DNA of 64,000 nt, taken from IMG/VR virus record IMGVR_UViG_3300042453_005404, positions 124,001-188,000 of that record; one strand, written 5' to 3'. Under the pieces are notes generated by a model that saw only the letters and a list, made by a program, of their open reading frames with translations, had not been told where the DNA came from and did not search any database. A program made the translations under genes and the position numbers. Positions within the stretch are counted from its first letter, which is position 1, and the number at the start of each line of letters is the position of its first letter. Shown here piece by piece: positions 26,840-34,615 of the stretch.

Positions 26840-27517
26840 ATGAACAACATAAAGCTTGGTGATGGTTGGATTATAATCGGTGTTGATCATGAACACCCTA
26901 TATCACTCAAAGATAAAGACTTAGATAAAGTTCTTGAGGTATTTAGCACCAACAAGAACGTATGGATTGAAGGTATGGAACCAGAGTTTGTGGTTGCAGA
27001 CTTCATTGAAGTGCATTTACCAAATGCTCGCATACGTTCATGGGAACCAACCAAGCCTTTGTCTAAGATGACGGCATTGATTCTTAGTTTGTTTGGAGGA
27101 GAAACAGATGCTATCGTGCGTCAAGTTTCCGATGATTCCAGCTTTGATCCAACAAAGAATATTCTGGATAACTTGATTGCAACACAAGCATCATGGTATG
27201 AAGGTCCAGCAATAACCAAGCAAGATATACAAAAGCTTTTGAGTTTACAGCAAATGGAATCAGATGGTATGAAATCATTTGATGCCTTTGAAAGCTTTCA
27301 CCGAAAAGGATTTGATTTGACTTGGGAATCTGGAGAAACTGCTTTTAGCAAGTTGGCAAACATGGCTAACGAAGCCAGAGTTGAGAACATCAAGCGATTA
27401 ATGACAAATGCTGGCGGGGTGTTTTTTGCTGGCTACAGCCACTTGGATGTAATCAATGAAGCTGTTAAGCTATGGTTTCTCAAACAGATTGTTGTGGAGT
27501 GTTTTTCGAAGCGTTAG
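26840..27517 (+). CDS. possible TraB/TIKI/EreA-superfamily hydrolase
   Basis: IGVDH, WIEG, NxxR, FAGYSH; tag-like helix at the C-terminus. Confidence 0.4.
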   Translation: MNNIKLGDGWIIIGVDHEHPISLKDKDLDKVLEVFSTNKNVWIEGMEPEFVVADFIEVHLPNARIRSWEPTKPLSKMTALILSLFGGETDAIVRQVSDDSSFDPTKNILDNLIATQASWYEGPAITKQDIQKLLSLQQMESDGMKSFDAFESFHRKGFDLTWESGETAFSKLANMANEARVENIKRLMTNAGGVFFAGYSHLDVINEAVKLWFLKQIVVECFSKR

Positions 27518-27540
27518 TTTGGTTATTTAGTTGTTATGTT

Positions 27541-28230
27541 TTATTTTTTTATTTCTAAAATAGCAAGTAAAAGCTTGCTTTTTATTTCGTCTGGTTTGTT
27601 TGGGTCAGCGATGAAATAAATTCCTTTATCATATTTGACAGAGCCAATCGAAAATGTTTCTTTTTCGTGCTTAAAGTCTTCGTCAGCAGTTCCAACAAGT
27701 CGATTTGGATTTCCAAAAAAATTGTTGTTTTTTTTCAAGCTGGCTTTCAATATAACGTAAACTGGTTTACGTTCGCTTGATTCTGTTTTGATAATGGTAG
27801 GAAACATGGATGGGTCAGTGGTCCAACCTTGAATTTCAGAATTCATTGTTGGTTCAATTACTCCTGCTGGCAATTTGCCAGTTGGTTTGGATAAATCAAT
27901 GTTAAAAGTTGATTTTCCTGTTTCAGCATCTAAAAACAATAAACGATATACATTTATTCTGTCACCCTTAAAAGGATCAAGCATGGCACTATACATGTTT
28001 TTTTGTTTTAACGAAAACAAACTTGGAGCAATTTTGCTCAAGTCTGATTTGTCGTTAAAAGAAGCATAACGTGCCAAAGCTTCAAAAGCTTCTTCTTCTT
28101 CGAGTGTTGGTTCTTCTTTGTTGTTTTTCTTTATATCATTGCGTTGATAGTCAAACATATACTTGCCAAACAAAGCGTCTTTGCCTTGTTCTGGTTCTTC
28201 AAACAAAATAGAGCATAATGTTATTTTCAT
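27541..28230 (-). CDS. tagged putative ADP-ribosyltransferase (R-S-E-like)
   Basis: LCSILFEE; VYR...GWTTD...HEKE. Confidence 0.45.
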   Translation of the reverse strand: MKITLCSILFEEPEQGKDALFGKYMFDYQRNDIKKNNKEEPTLEEEEAFEALARYASFNDKSDLSKIAPSLFSLKQKNMYSAMLDPFKGDRINVYRLLFLDAETGKSTFNIDLSKPTGKLPAGVIEPTMNSEIQGWTTDPSMFPTIIKTESSERKPVYVILKASLKKNNNFFGNPNRLVGTADEDFKHEKETFSIGSVKYDKGIYFIADPNKPDEIKSKLLLAILEIKK

Positions 28231-28252
28231 TGAAAATAACTATGTTGATAGA

Positions 28253-28405
28253 TTAAACCTTTGGGGCTGTTTGATTTACGATTTGTTTTTTTAGATCCTT
28301 GATTTCATTTTCAAGGTTTTTGACTTTGGTTGCTAGCGCACGAACTTCATCAAGAATAACTTTGAGATATTCGTTTTGTTGTTTGTCGTTGCGTGTCATG
28401 GACAT
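28253..28405 (-). CDS. 50-aa coiled-coil protein (missed by ORF track)
   Basis: MSMTRND...LDEVRALATKVKNLENEIKDLK. Confidence 0.55.
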   Translation of the reverse strand: MSMTRNDKQQNEYLKVILDEVRALATKVKNLENEIKDLKKQIVNQTAPKV

Positions 28406-28411
28406 TGTTGT

Positions 28412-28966
28412 TTATTCTTCCTTTTTGCGACCTTTAGTAAAAACCTTGGCATAGGTTTTTTTGACGATCAACTTCAATGCAAGCTTGGCTGCATACTGTG
28501 AGCTTCCATCATCCCAGTTTACACGAATAAAAGCTGATTGCACATCGTCTTTGCCAACAGTTCCTTTTTCTGTTTTTCCGTCATGACGTTTAAACTTGTA
28601 TTCAACACGTTGACCGGGAAGAAACACCGGCCATGGTGGTATCCAGTTTGGGTCATGTACGTTCGATTCATCTACCGACATAGAACTTGTCACAACAGGC
28701 AACGAACCCGATGCTACAGATTTTTGTCGCTCTAACAGTTCCTTTCGAAAAGCAATATCAGCTTCTTTCTGAATCCGAGCTTTTTCAGCTAGTTCAGCAT
28801 TGGAAGGTCTACCACGCTTCTTAGGTTCAACCTTTTCCTTGCCTTTAGCTTTAGACTTATCCTTCTTTGTTTTGTCTTTTGTCTTTGGTTGTTTTGGCTG
28901 CTGTTCAGTTTTTACTTTTGGTTCTTTGTTGGAAGTTACAGCGAAAATACTTTTAAACGTTTTCAT
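28412..28966 (-). CDS. basic AT-hook protein with C-terminal KOW/Tudor-like domain
   Basis: KKRGRPS; PGQRVEY...GTV...VNWDDG. Confidence 0.55.
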   Translation of the reverse strand: MKTFKSIFAVTSNKEPKVKTEQQPKQPKTKDKTKKDKSKAKGKEKVEPKKRGRPSNAELAEKARIQKEADIAFRKELLERQKSVASGSLPVVTSSMSVDESNVHDPNWIPPWPVFLPGQRVEYKFKRHDGKTEKGTVGKDDVQSAFIRVNWDDGSSQYAAKLALKLIVKKTYAKVFTKGRKKEE

Positions 28967-28975
28967 GATTTACCT

Positions 28976-29200
28976 TTATAGGTCGGTACATTTTTCGGTA
29001 ATGAACTCGGCCAAGCTTTTATAACCTCGACCACCATCAACTTCACCATAATTGGCTATAGCACCATTTTTATCGGATGGAAATACAAGCACCTCGGGGC
29101 CGCTATGGGCCACATCAGCAAACGATGCAACGTAGTATGCATCGTTATTTCTAACGATTGCTTTGTCCATATTTAGAAACTTTACTAGCTTGTATCGCAT
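28976..29200 (-). CDS. hypothetical protein
   Basis: AGGAG RBS, 74 aa. Confidence 0.65.
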   Translation of the reverse strand: MRYKLVKFLNMDKAIVRNNDAYYVASFADVAHSGPEVLVFPSDKNGAIANYGEVDGGRGYKSLAEFITEKCTDL

Positions 29201-29297
29201 ATCGTATCTCCTTTCTTTATGTTAACACATTAACAATAACAAATAAAACTATATATGACATTGAAAGCTAAAACACTGAAGGGTTTAAAAAATTGAG

Positions 29298-29513
29298 TTA
29301 TTCTTCTTTTCTATCAAAGGCACCACAGTTACAAGCGTGCCAATCTTGCCACCAAGCACAATCATCAGTATGTAGTTCTGCTTCTTGCTCTAAAGCAACT
29401 TGAGCATCGACTACCGCTTGTTCTAACTGAGCAACATCAACTTCATGATATTGAACAGCAGCCCAAGGTCCGACATGTACTAAACGTTTTGGAACCCATA
29501 CATTTTCATTCAT
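29298..29513 (-). CDS. hypothetical protein with HxxxC...CxCG motif
   Basis: ORF in operon. Confidence 0.55.
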   Translation of the reverse strand: MNENVWVPKRLVHVGPWAAVQYHEVDVAQLEQAVVDAQVALEQEAELHTDDCAWWQDWHACNCGAFDRKEE

Positions 29514-29721
29514 TGTTTTTTTCCTTTGCTGGTTGAACTACTTTTAGATCTAACATGTGCAGATGAACAAATCGATCTTCGACAAATACTCTCCATATGT
29601 TTGGAGAACTTTTGGCATATATGTTTTCAATAACAATACCCAGTTTACCACAGAAAGAACGTTCATATAAACTTTGATCGGGTGCTTGTATGATTTCAAC
29701 CAAATCTCCGGGTTTAATCAT
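29506..29721 (-). CDS. KOW/SH3-like small protein
   Basis: MIKPGDLVEI...GIVIE. Confidence 0.6.
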   Translation of the reverse strand: MIKPGDLVEIIQAPDQSLYERSFCGKLGIVIENIYAKSSPNIWRVFVEDRFVHLHMLDLKVVQPAKEKNNE

Positions 29722-29876
29722 CGAGCTTTTTTTGCCCATTCTCCCCAAAGTTTAAGCAACTCTTCAGCCTTGGTTCGATGCTCCACATAAGCTTCCCACA
29801 CAGCATCAGCTTGCTCTTTGCTGGTAATACCGTTGCCTTCTAGCTGCAACTCATCTAAATCTAGTTTTACTTTCAT
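29718..29876 (-). CDS. hypothetical protein
   Basis: AGGAG RBS upstream of ATG 29876. Confidence 0.55.
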   Translation of the reverse strand: MKVKLDLDELQLEGNGITSKEQADAVWEAYVEHRTKAEELLKLWGEWAKKAR

Positions 29877-29893
29877 GTTGTTAGCTCCTTTTA

Positions 29894-30964
29894 TCACTTC
29901 ATACAAAGATATCTGTCAGATACGTACTTCAAAGCAACTCGTCCATGCCGAGAATCAAATCGTTCGCCACGCTCTAGTTTCACAACAATACCTTCACGAA
30001 CCTTTTGCTTTGGAAAACAACTGTCTTCTTCAGCAAGTTTTTCTAGCATCGATGCATCAAGAGCTCCACGATAGAGAACAGGAACAGTTTCACAAATACC
30101 CGCACAGTAAACAGGATTGTCAAACATATCAGCGTTATCGACCCAACGGCCATGATCCAAAATGTCAAATGCCGCAAAGCCATATTGGCCTTGAACTTTT
30201 CCATAATGGAAATCTGATCCTTGAATGCTTGGCCCATATACTTCTCCGTATATAGCCATGCTTGGATGGTTCTTACACCATTCTTCAATCCAAGGATTTT
30301 GCTCAAGTGCAGTCCACCACACACAATCTGGAGCCGTAATGGTCTTTGTTACTTCGATACCATTTTCATCAATCCATGTAACGTCCTTTACATGAGTTCC
30401 CGGCTTCATCTTCCATGTTGTTCTGGAACCACAAAACATTTCACCGTTATGAAATACATAACGTGCGTTTGTGCCATGAATCTTTTCGGTAAGAATCACA
30501 CGTTCCCCCTCATTAAAGAGTTTGTGATACTTTTTGAATGATTCTAGATCATAGTGTGGCACTGGAATATCTGGACCCTTTGCTTGCACTCCAGAAGCCA
30601 TCCCAAAGCCTTTTGGAGCGGGTGGTTCGTACCGTTCTACCCCAAGTTGCTCCATAACGTTATCGCCCTCTACAGAGCCTTCTGGGGCCGGGATAAGCAG
30701 TCCGTATGAAGGTTCACCACGGAACCGACGCATGGTAATACGCAGACGAGGTTTGCCCTTGCCATCATCAAGGAACTTGAACTCGTTACGATCAAGAGGA
30801 ACAGTGTAATCTGGCTCGATATAAGCCATAAGATCATCAACTTTGTGTGCTCCTTTACGGATAACACATTGATATCCCCAAACGTTTGTGAGTTCTAGAG
30901 AATCAGCGTTGGGATGCTGGAGAATAGATTCGATGCGAATAACTTTGACTTCGTGTGTGCTCAT
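29894..30964 (-). CDS. RNA ligase, DRB0094/Rnl5 family
   Basis: N-terminal HPNADSL OB domain; TEKIHGTN, YGEVYG, FDI, REGIVVK, LK; leaderless promoter TTTAGT-17-TAAAGT-6-ATG. Confidence 0.9.
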   Translation of the reverse strand: MSTHEVKVIRIESILQHPNADSLELTNVWGYQCVIRKGAHKVDDLMAYIEPDYTVPLDRNEFKFLDDGKGKPRLRITMRRFRGEPSYGLLIPAPEGSVEGDNVMEQLGVERYEPPAPKGFGMASGVQAKGPDIPVPHYDLESFKKYHKLFNEGERVILTEKIHGTNARYVFHNGEMFCGSRTTWKMKPGTHVKDVTWIDENGIEVTKTITAPDCVWWTALEQNPWIEEWCKNHPSMAIYGEVYGPSIQGSDFHYGKVQGQYGFAAFDILDHGRWVDNADMFDNPVYCAGICETVPVLYRGALDASMLEKLAEEDSCFPKQKVREGIVVKLERGERFDSRHGRVALKYVSDRYLCMK

Positions 30965-31003
30965 AGCATTACTTTACCACAAGCGGTAAAACAACTAAAG
31001 ATA

Positions 31004-31261
31004 TTAGTTGACGCTTTCGCTTGGATACTTGTTTCGGATATAGTTGTTAAAGTGTTGATCGATTGAACTTGCTTGAGCGAGTTGGTTATAGACGTACAAT
31101 GGAACGTTGTAATAGTGAGATGTTCGATTATCGATCTCAACGGTTAGAGTTGCTTGCTTGCGATTGTATGTTGCCTTGGTAAGCATTGAAGTATCCTTTC
31201 GATTCGAAACGGTTGATTCATCATCACCACAAAGATTACGAATAACAGATGCATTTTTCAT
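31004..31261 (-). CDS. KTSC domain protein
   Basis: YNxxxxxLxV...YYNVP..VY..L..ASS...FN..IR.KY. Confidence 0.75.
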   Translation of the reverse strand: MKNASVIRNLCGDDESTVSNRKDTSMLTKATYNRKQATLTVEIDNRTSHYYNVPLYVYNQLAQASSIDQHFNNYIRNKYPSESVN

Positions 31262-31284
31262 GTTGCAACCTTGCGTTTGGTATA

Positions 31285-31360
31285 TGGCTCCGCAAGTAGG
31301 GCTCGAACCTACAACCTAGCGGTTAACAGCCGCTCGCTACTGCCATTGAGCTATTGCGGA
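31285..31360 (-). tRNA. tRNA-Asn(GTT)
   Basis: cloverleaf, loop CTGTTAA, encoded CCA. Confidence 0.95.
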
Positions 31361-31378
31361 ATACGTATTTCTACGTAG

Positions 31379-31452
31379 TGGGTTGTGAGGGGGTCGAACC
31401 CTCGACCAAAAGGTTAAAAGCCTTCTGCTCGTACCAACTGAGCTAACAACCC
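31379..31452 (-). tRNA. tRNA-Lys(TTT)
   Basis: cloverleaf, loop CTTTTAA. Confidence 0.95.
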
Positions 31453-31462
31453 GTATTTTTAG

Positions 31463-31536
31463 TAGGCATGTCGGGGCTTGAACCCGAAACCTTTCGATTA
31501 TAAGTCGAATGCTCTAACCAGTTGAGCTACACGCCC
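31463..31536 (-). tRNA. tRNA-Ile(TAT)
   Basis: cloverleaf, TTCGA-CTTATAA-TCGAA. Confidence 0.9.
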
Positions 31537-31596
31537 GTTTCGTCTTTACCCTACTCTTATAATCTACCATCCTATATTATGATTCTCAAACTATTT

Positions 31597-31767
31597 TTAC
31601 TTTTTCTCGTTTGCCGCATCTTCTAGTATCTTTGCGGCATGATAACACAAGAATAGTAGATCTTGGGAAAAGTGTTTACCTAAACCTTCAGCGATTTGCT
31701 GTTGATTGTGCCCATACCGTATACGAGCTCTTATTGCTTTAATGCATTCATCAATGTCAGTATTCAT
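31597..31767 (-). CDS. small hypothetical protein
   Basis: MNTDIDECIKAIRARIRYG...; starts just after tRNA-Val. Confidence 0.5.
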   Translation of the reverse strand: MNTDIDECIKAIRARIRYGHNQQQIAEGLGKHFSQDLLFLCYHAAKILEDAANEKK

Positions 31768-31769
31768 AG

Positions 31770-31841
31770 TACAAGCAACAGGATTTGAACCTGTGACCTT
31801 CACCTTGTAAGGGTGACACTCTACCGCTGAGTTATGCTTGT
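31770..31841 (-). tRNA. tRNA-Val(TAC)
   Basis: cloverleaf, TCACC-CTTACAA-GGTGA. Confidence 0.9.
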
Positions 31842-31861
31842 AAATAAAACAAGTTCGGGAA

Positions 31862-32251
31862 CTAAACTTGATAGGTTATAACTTCATCCGGTAATACCAG
31901 TTTTTCCATTTCTGGAAACGAGCTCACAATCAGCCGCACGTCAACCAGTATATTTTTGGGTTCTACTGTTGCTACCTTGACATATATTGGTGGGCCTTCA
32001 AAAAAGCTGTCGATTACCATTTTCCAATCTGGCAGCCATGACAAAAGTTGTTTTTGTGGTTCTGATTCGATATTTTGAACATATCGAAATAGCGTTTTTG
32101 GTTTACTGGGTCTATATGCTTCAAGCTCTTTGATAACTGCCGGAGGTGGCAATCCTCTTGGTGCGTACTCCGTCCAATGTTGTAGCCATTTTTTAGTTTC
32201 TTCCGATAACGGGTTATCTTGTACGTCAAACAATATGGATTCTAACAGCAT
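31862..32251 (-). CDS. tagged putative ADP-ribosyltransferase (R-S-E-like) inside the tRNA cluster
   Basis: MLLESILFD; TLFRY...LLSW...ILVD...DEVI. Confidence 0.5.
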   Translation of the reverse strand: MLLESILFDVQDNPLSEETKKWLQHWTEYAPRGLPPPAVIKELEAYRPSKPKTLFRYVQNIESEPQKQLLSWLPDWKMVIDSFFEGPPIYVKVATVEPKNILVDVRLIVSSFPEMEKLVLPDEVITYQV

Positions 32252-32305
32252 ACAGCTATATATAGTATCTGTAATATACATTACAAACGAAATTCGAAAA
32301 AGAAG

Positions 32306-32377
32306 CGATCCCAACGGGGTTCGAACCCGTATGACAAGATTGAAAATCTTGTATCCTAACCGTTAGATGATGGGACC
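32306..32377 (-). tRNA. tRNA-Glu(TTC)
   Basis: cloverleaf, CAAGA-TTTTCAA-TCTTG. Confidence 0.93.
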
Positions 32378-32381
32378 AGAG

Positions 32382-32464
32382 TGGGCAGTGAAGGATTTGC
32401 ACCTACGAAGCCCGAAGGCAACAGATTTACAGTCTGCTCTCGTTGACTACTTGAGTAACTGCCC
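32382..32464 (-). tRNA. tRNA-Tyr(GTA)
   Basis: long variable arm, loop CTGTAAA. Confidence 0.92.
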
Positions 32465-32472
32465 AGAAACAG

Positions 32473-32557
32473 AGGAGAGTGTGAGATTCGAACTCACGGA
32501 CGGTTTCCCGCCTTCAGTTTTCAAGACTGACGTAATAGACCGCTCTACCAACTCTCC
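32473..32557 (-). tRNA. tRNA-Ser(TGA)
   Basis: long variable arm, loop CTTGAAA. Confidence 0.92.
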
Positions 32558-32591
32558 AAAACTATTCTATTGTCACAGAATCAATCGTTAG

Positions 32592-32665
32592 TCGGGGTAA
32601 AAGGATTCAAACCTTTGACCCTTCGCTCCCAAAGCGAATGCTCTATCAGACTGAGCTACACCCCG
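32592..32665 (-). tRNA. tRNA-Pro(TGG)
   Basis: CGGGGTG acceptor, loop TTTGGGA. Confidence 0.92.
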
Positions 32666-32862
32666 TTGTTTATCCGACCAAGTGATATGTTGTTTTGTAT
32701 CCTACTCGTTTTATTGTTCAATGTCCAAATCTCACCATTATTCATTGCACATACATACAACAAATCATGTTCTTGTGAGTAATCGATAACTAAAAAAGCG
32801 TATCCTTTCATTTGATCTGATACACGGATTATTGGTATCGTTGGATTTAGTTGAAGCATCAT
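32656..32862 (-). CDS. small phage protein (QLNPTIP...IDYSQEHDL)
   Basis: motif I recall as common in phages; 3' end overlaps the start of tRNA-Pro. Confidence 0.65.
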   Translation of the reverse strand: MMLQLNPTIPIIRVSDQMKGYAFLVIDYSQEHDLLYVCAMNNGEIWTLNNKTSRIQNNISLGRINNGV

Positions 32863-32866
32863 TTAG

Positions 32867-32947
32867 TGCAAGCGACGGGACTTGAACCCGTATGCCCGAA
32901 GGCGAGAGATTTTAAGTCTCCTGTGTATGCCATTCCACCACGCTTGC
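32867..32947 (-). tRNA. tRNA-Leu(TAA)
   Basis: variable arm, loop CTTAAAA. Confidence 0.93.
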
Positions 32948-32951
32948 AGAG

Positions 32952-33034
32952 TGCCCTCGACCAGACTTGAACTGGTACGCTCGTAAGAGCGGGAGATTTT
33001 GAGTCTCCTATGTCTGCCATTCCACCACAAGGGC
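32952..33034 (-). tRNA. tRNA-Leu(CAA)
   Basis: variable arm, loop CTCAAAA. Confidence 0.93.
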
Positions 33035-33168
33035 TCTGTCGTTGTCTATGTTCTTAGTCTAGCAGTCTCTTATTCGTTTGTAAAGCTATTTCAGATTTTT
33101 TAGGAAGTCTTCTGGATCGTAGAGTTTTTTATTGCTAACGTCATAGATTTTTTCAAGTTTTACGTCTT

Positions 33169-33552
33169 CTATCGATTTAAGATTTGGTTTAGGAGTTGTT
33201 GTTCTCTTGCCCAACTATAGTTTTCGCAAACAGTTTCTGGTTTAAGCCATTCGCCGTTTGAATCTCTTGCTTCAGTTCTAATCCAAAGCGATATATCACC
33301 ATTTCTGTTGTAATCGATCAGCACAACATCTCTTGATGTTGGTGTTTCATTGTTTGCAGCAACGATGTGTCCAAGATGGGTTGGTCTTGTAAAGATTCTC
33401 CAGCCTAAAACAGTTAGTCTTTGTTGCAAATATGAATGTACGAACTCATATGATCCGACCATTGGATAAGTTGAAACATATCTTGTTTGGTTCATACAAC
33501 CATTCACCATAATCATCAAACAAAAAAACAATATTTTGATTTGTTTGATCAT
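33169..33552 (-). CDS. putative lipoprotein
   Basis: hydrophobic signal peptide ending VNGC. Confidence 0.55.
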   Translation of the reverse strand: MIKQIKILFFCLMIMVNGCMNQTRYVSTYPMVGSYEFVHSYLQQRLTVLGWRIFTRPTHLGHIVAANNETPTSRDVVLIDYNRNGDISLWIRTEARDSNGEWLKPETVCENYSWAREQQLLNQILNR

Positions 33553-33564
33553 TTACTTAACTAG

Positions 33565-33639
33565 CGCCCCCAGCAGGATTCGAACCTGCATAATCCAGTT
33601 ACGGTACTACTGTTTAGAAGACAGAGCCGGTATAAGGGC
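33565..33639 (-). ncRNA. D-arm-less tRNA-Arg(TCT)-like RNA
   Basis: 7-bp acceptor GCCCTTA/TGGGGGC, perfect T-arm GCAGG-TTCGAAT-CCTGC, loop CTTCTAA, no D-stem; own promoter upstream. Confidence 0.75.
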
Positions 33640-33777
33640 TTCGTTTATGTTCTTAGTATTCCAGAAATATATTCAAGCGTAAAGGTATTAATCATTTTTC
33701 TTTTCCAAGCGAAAAGAATAGGGCAATCGATAGAACAATGTTAACAATCAACAACTGAATCCAGCTCATATTCTTAG

Positions 33778-34614
33778 TTAGTTTAGCTTGAGATATTCCC
33801 AAGCAGTAGCTGCACGTTTCATCAAGCGTTTTTTGTTTTCTGGTGTCAATCGTTTTTGAACTTGTGGTCTGAGATATATTGTTAAAAGCTTATCTACAAA
33901 CTCTTGTGGAGTTTCTCCAACGTTATCATTCCATTCTTCGGTAGTTTCTGTTTTTAAAAGATCGTTATATAGTTCGCTCATTGCTTGTTGGTAGTAAGCA
34001 TTGAGTTCCAAAGGATCATTAGCATACTTGTCACGATCTCTTACTTTTCCAGCTTCTTTTTCTGATATTTTTCGTTTTGCTCTAGCGACAAGATATTCTG
34101 GATTTATTCTTCTGAAGTCTAGGGTATGAGTAAACTCATGAACAAAAGAAGAGCGGTAGTTGGAGCTTTCAAGTAGATCAGCCAAGTTGTTAGCAAACCA
34201 TTTATTGTAGGCTTTTACAGGCTTATTAGCTGCTTGTGGAGCATCGATGTATAGTTTGATGCGTAGCTGAGTTATCTTGCCTGTATTTGGCTCTATATTC
34301 CGATCAGCACTTGCTTTGATTGTTGGTTTGACATTGTTAAGTTCATGGTCAAGAAACTCGATATACAAATCGGATATTTCTGGAATTTGTTGTTTTTTTG
34401 GCAAGTTTGTTTCCATATGGAAACCTATAAATCTTCCATCGTTATCTGTGTAAAACTTTTCCGCAAACTTGCTTGGATCTTTTTTCAGCTTACGAATAAA
34501 CGCTTCAATGTTTTCGAATGCTTCATTTGCGATATGGAGTTTATCCATATCTTCTTCTCTGGATTCTGCAAGCTTGAGAAAAAGCTTTGCTTCTAACAAG
34601 TCTTGCAGTTTCAT
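33778..34614 (-). CDS. tagged zincin-like metallopeptidase
   Basis: MKLQDLLE; HEFTH; YxxDPxELNA. Confidence 0.65.
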   Translation of the reverse strand: MKLQDLLEAKLFLKLAESREEDMDKLHIANEAFENIEAFIRKLKKDPSKFAEKFYTDNDGRFIGFHMETNLPKKQQIPEISDLYIEFLDHELNNVKPTIKASADRNIEPNTGKITQLRIKLYIDAPQAANKPVKAYNKWFANNLADLLESSNYRSSFVHEFTHTLDFRRINPEYLVARAKRKISEKEAGKVRDRDKYANDPLELNAYYQQAMSELYNDLLKTETTEEWNDNVGETPQEFVDKLLTIYLRPQVQKRLTPENKKRLMKRAATAWEYLKLN

Positions 34615-34615
34615 T

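Noticed and set aside
32130-32782. Plus-strand ORFs over the tRNA cluster
   Set aside because: Antisense to tRNA genes and the 31862 gene; spurious.
33565-33639. Amber suppressor tRNA or stop-codon recoding
   Set aside because: The 7-nt loop CTTCTAA centres on TCT, not CTA; long genes are intact in the standard code and TAG, TGA and TAA all end genes.
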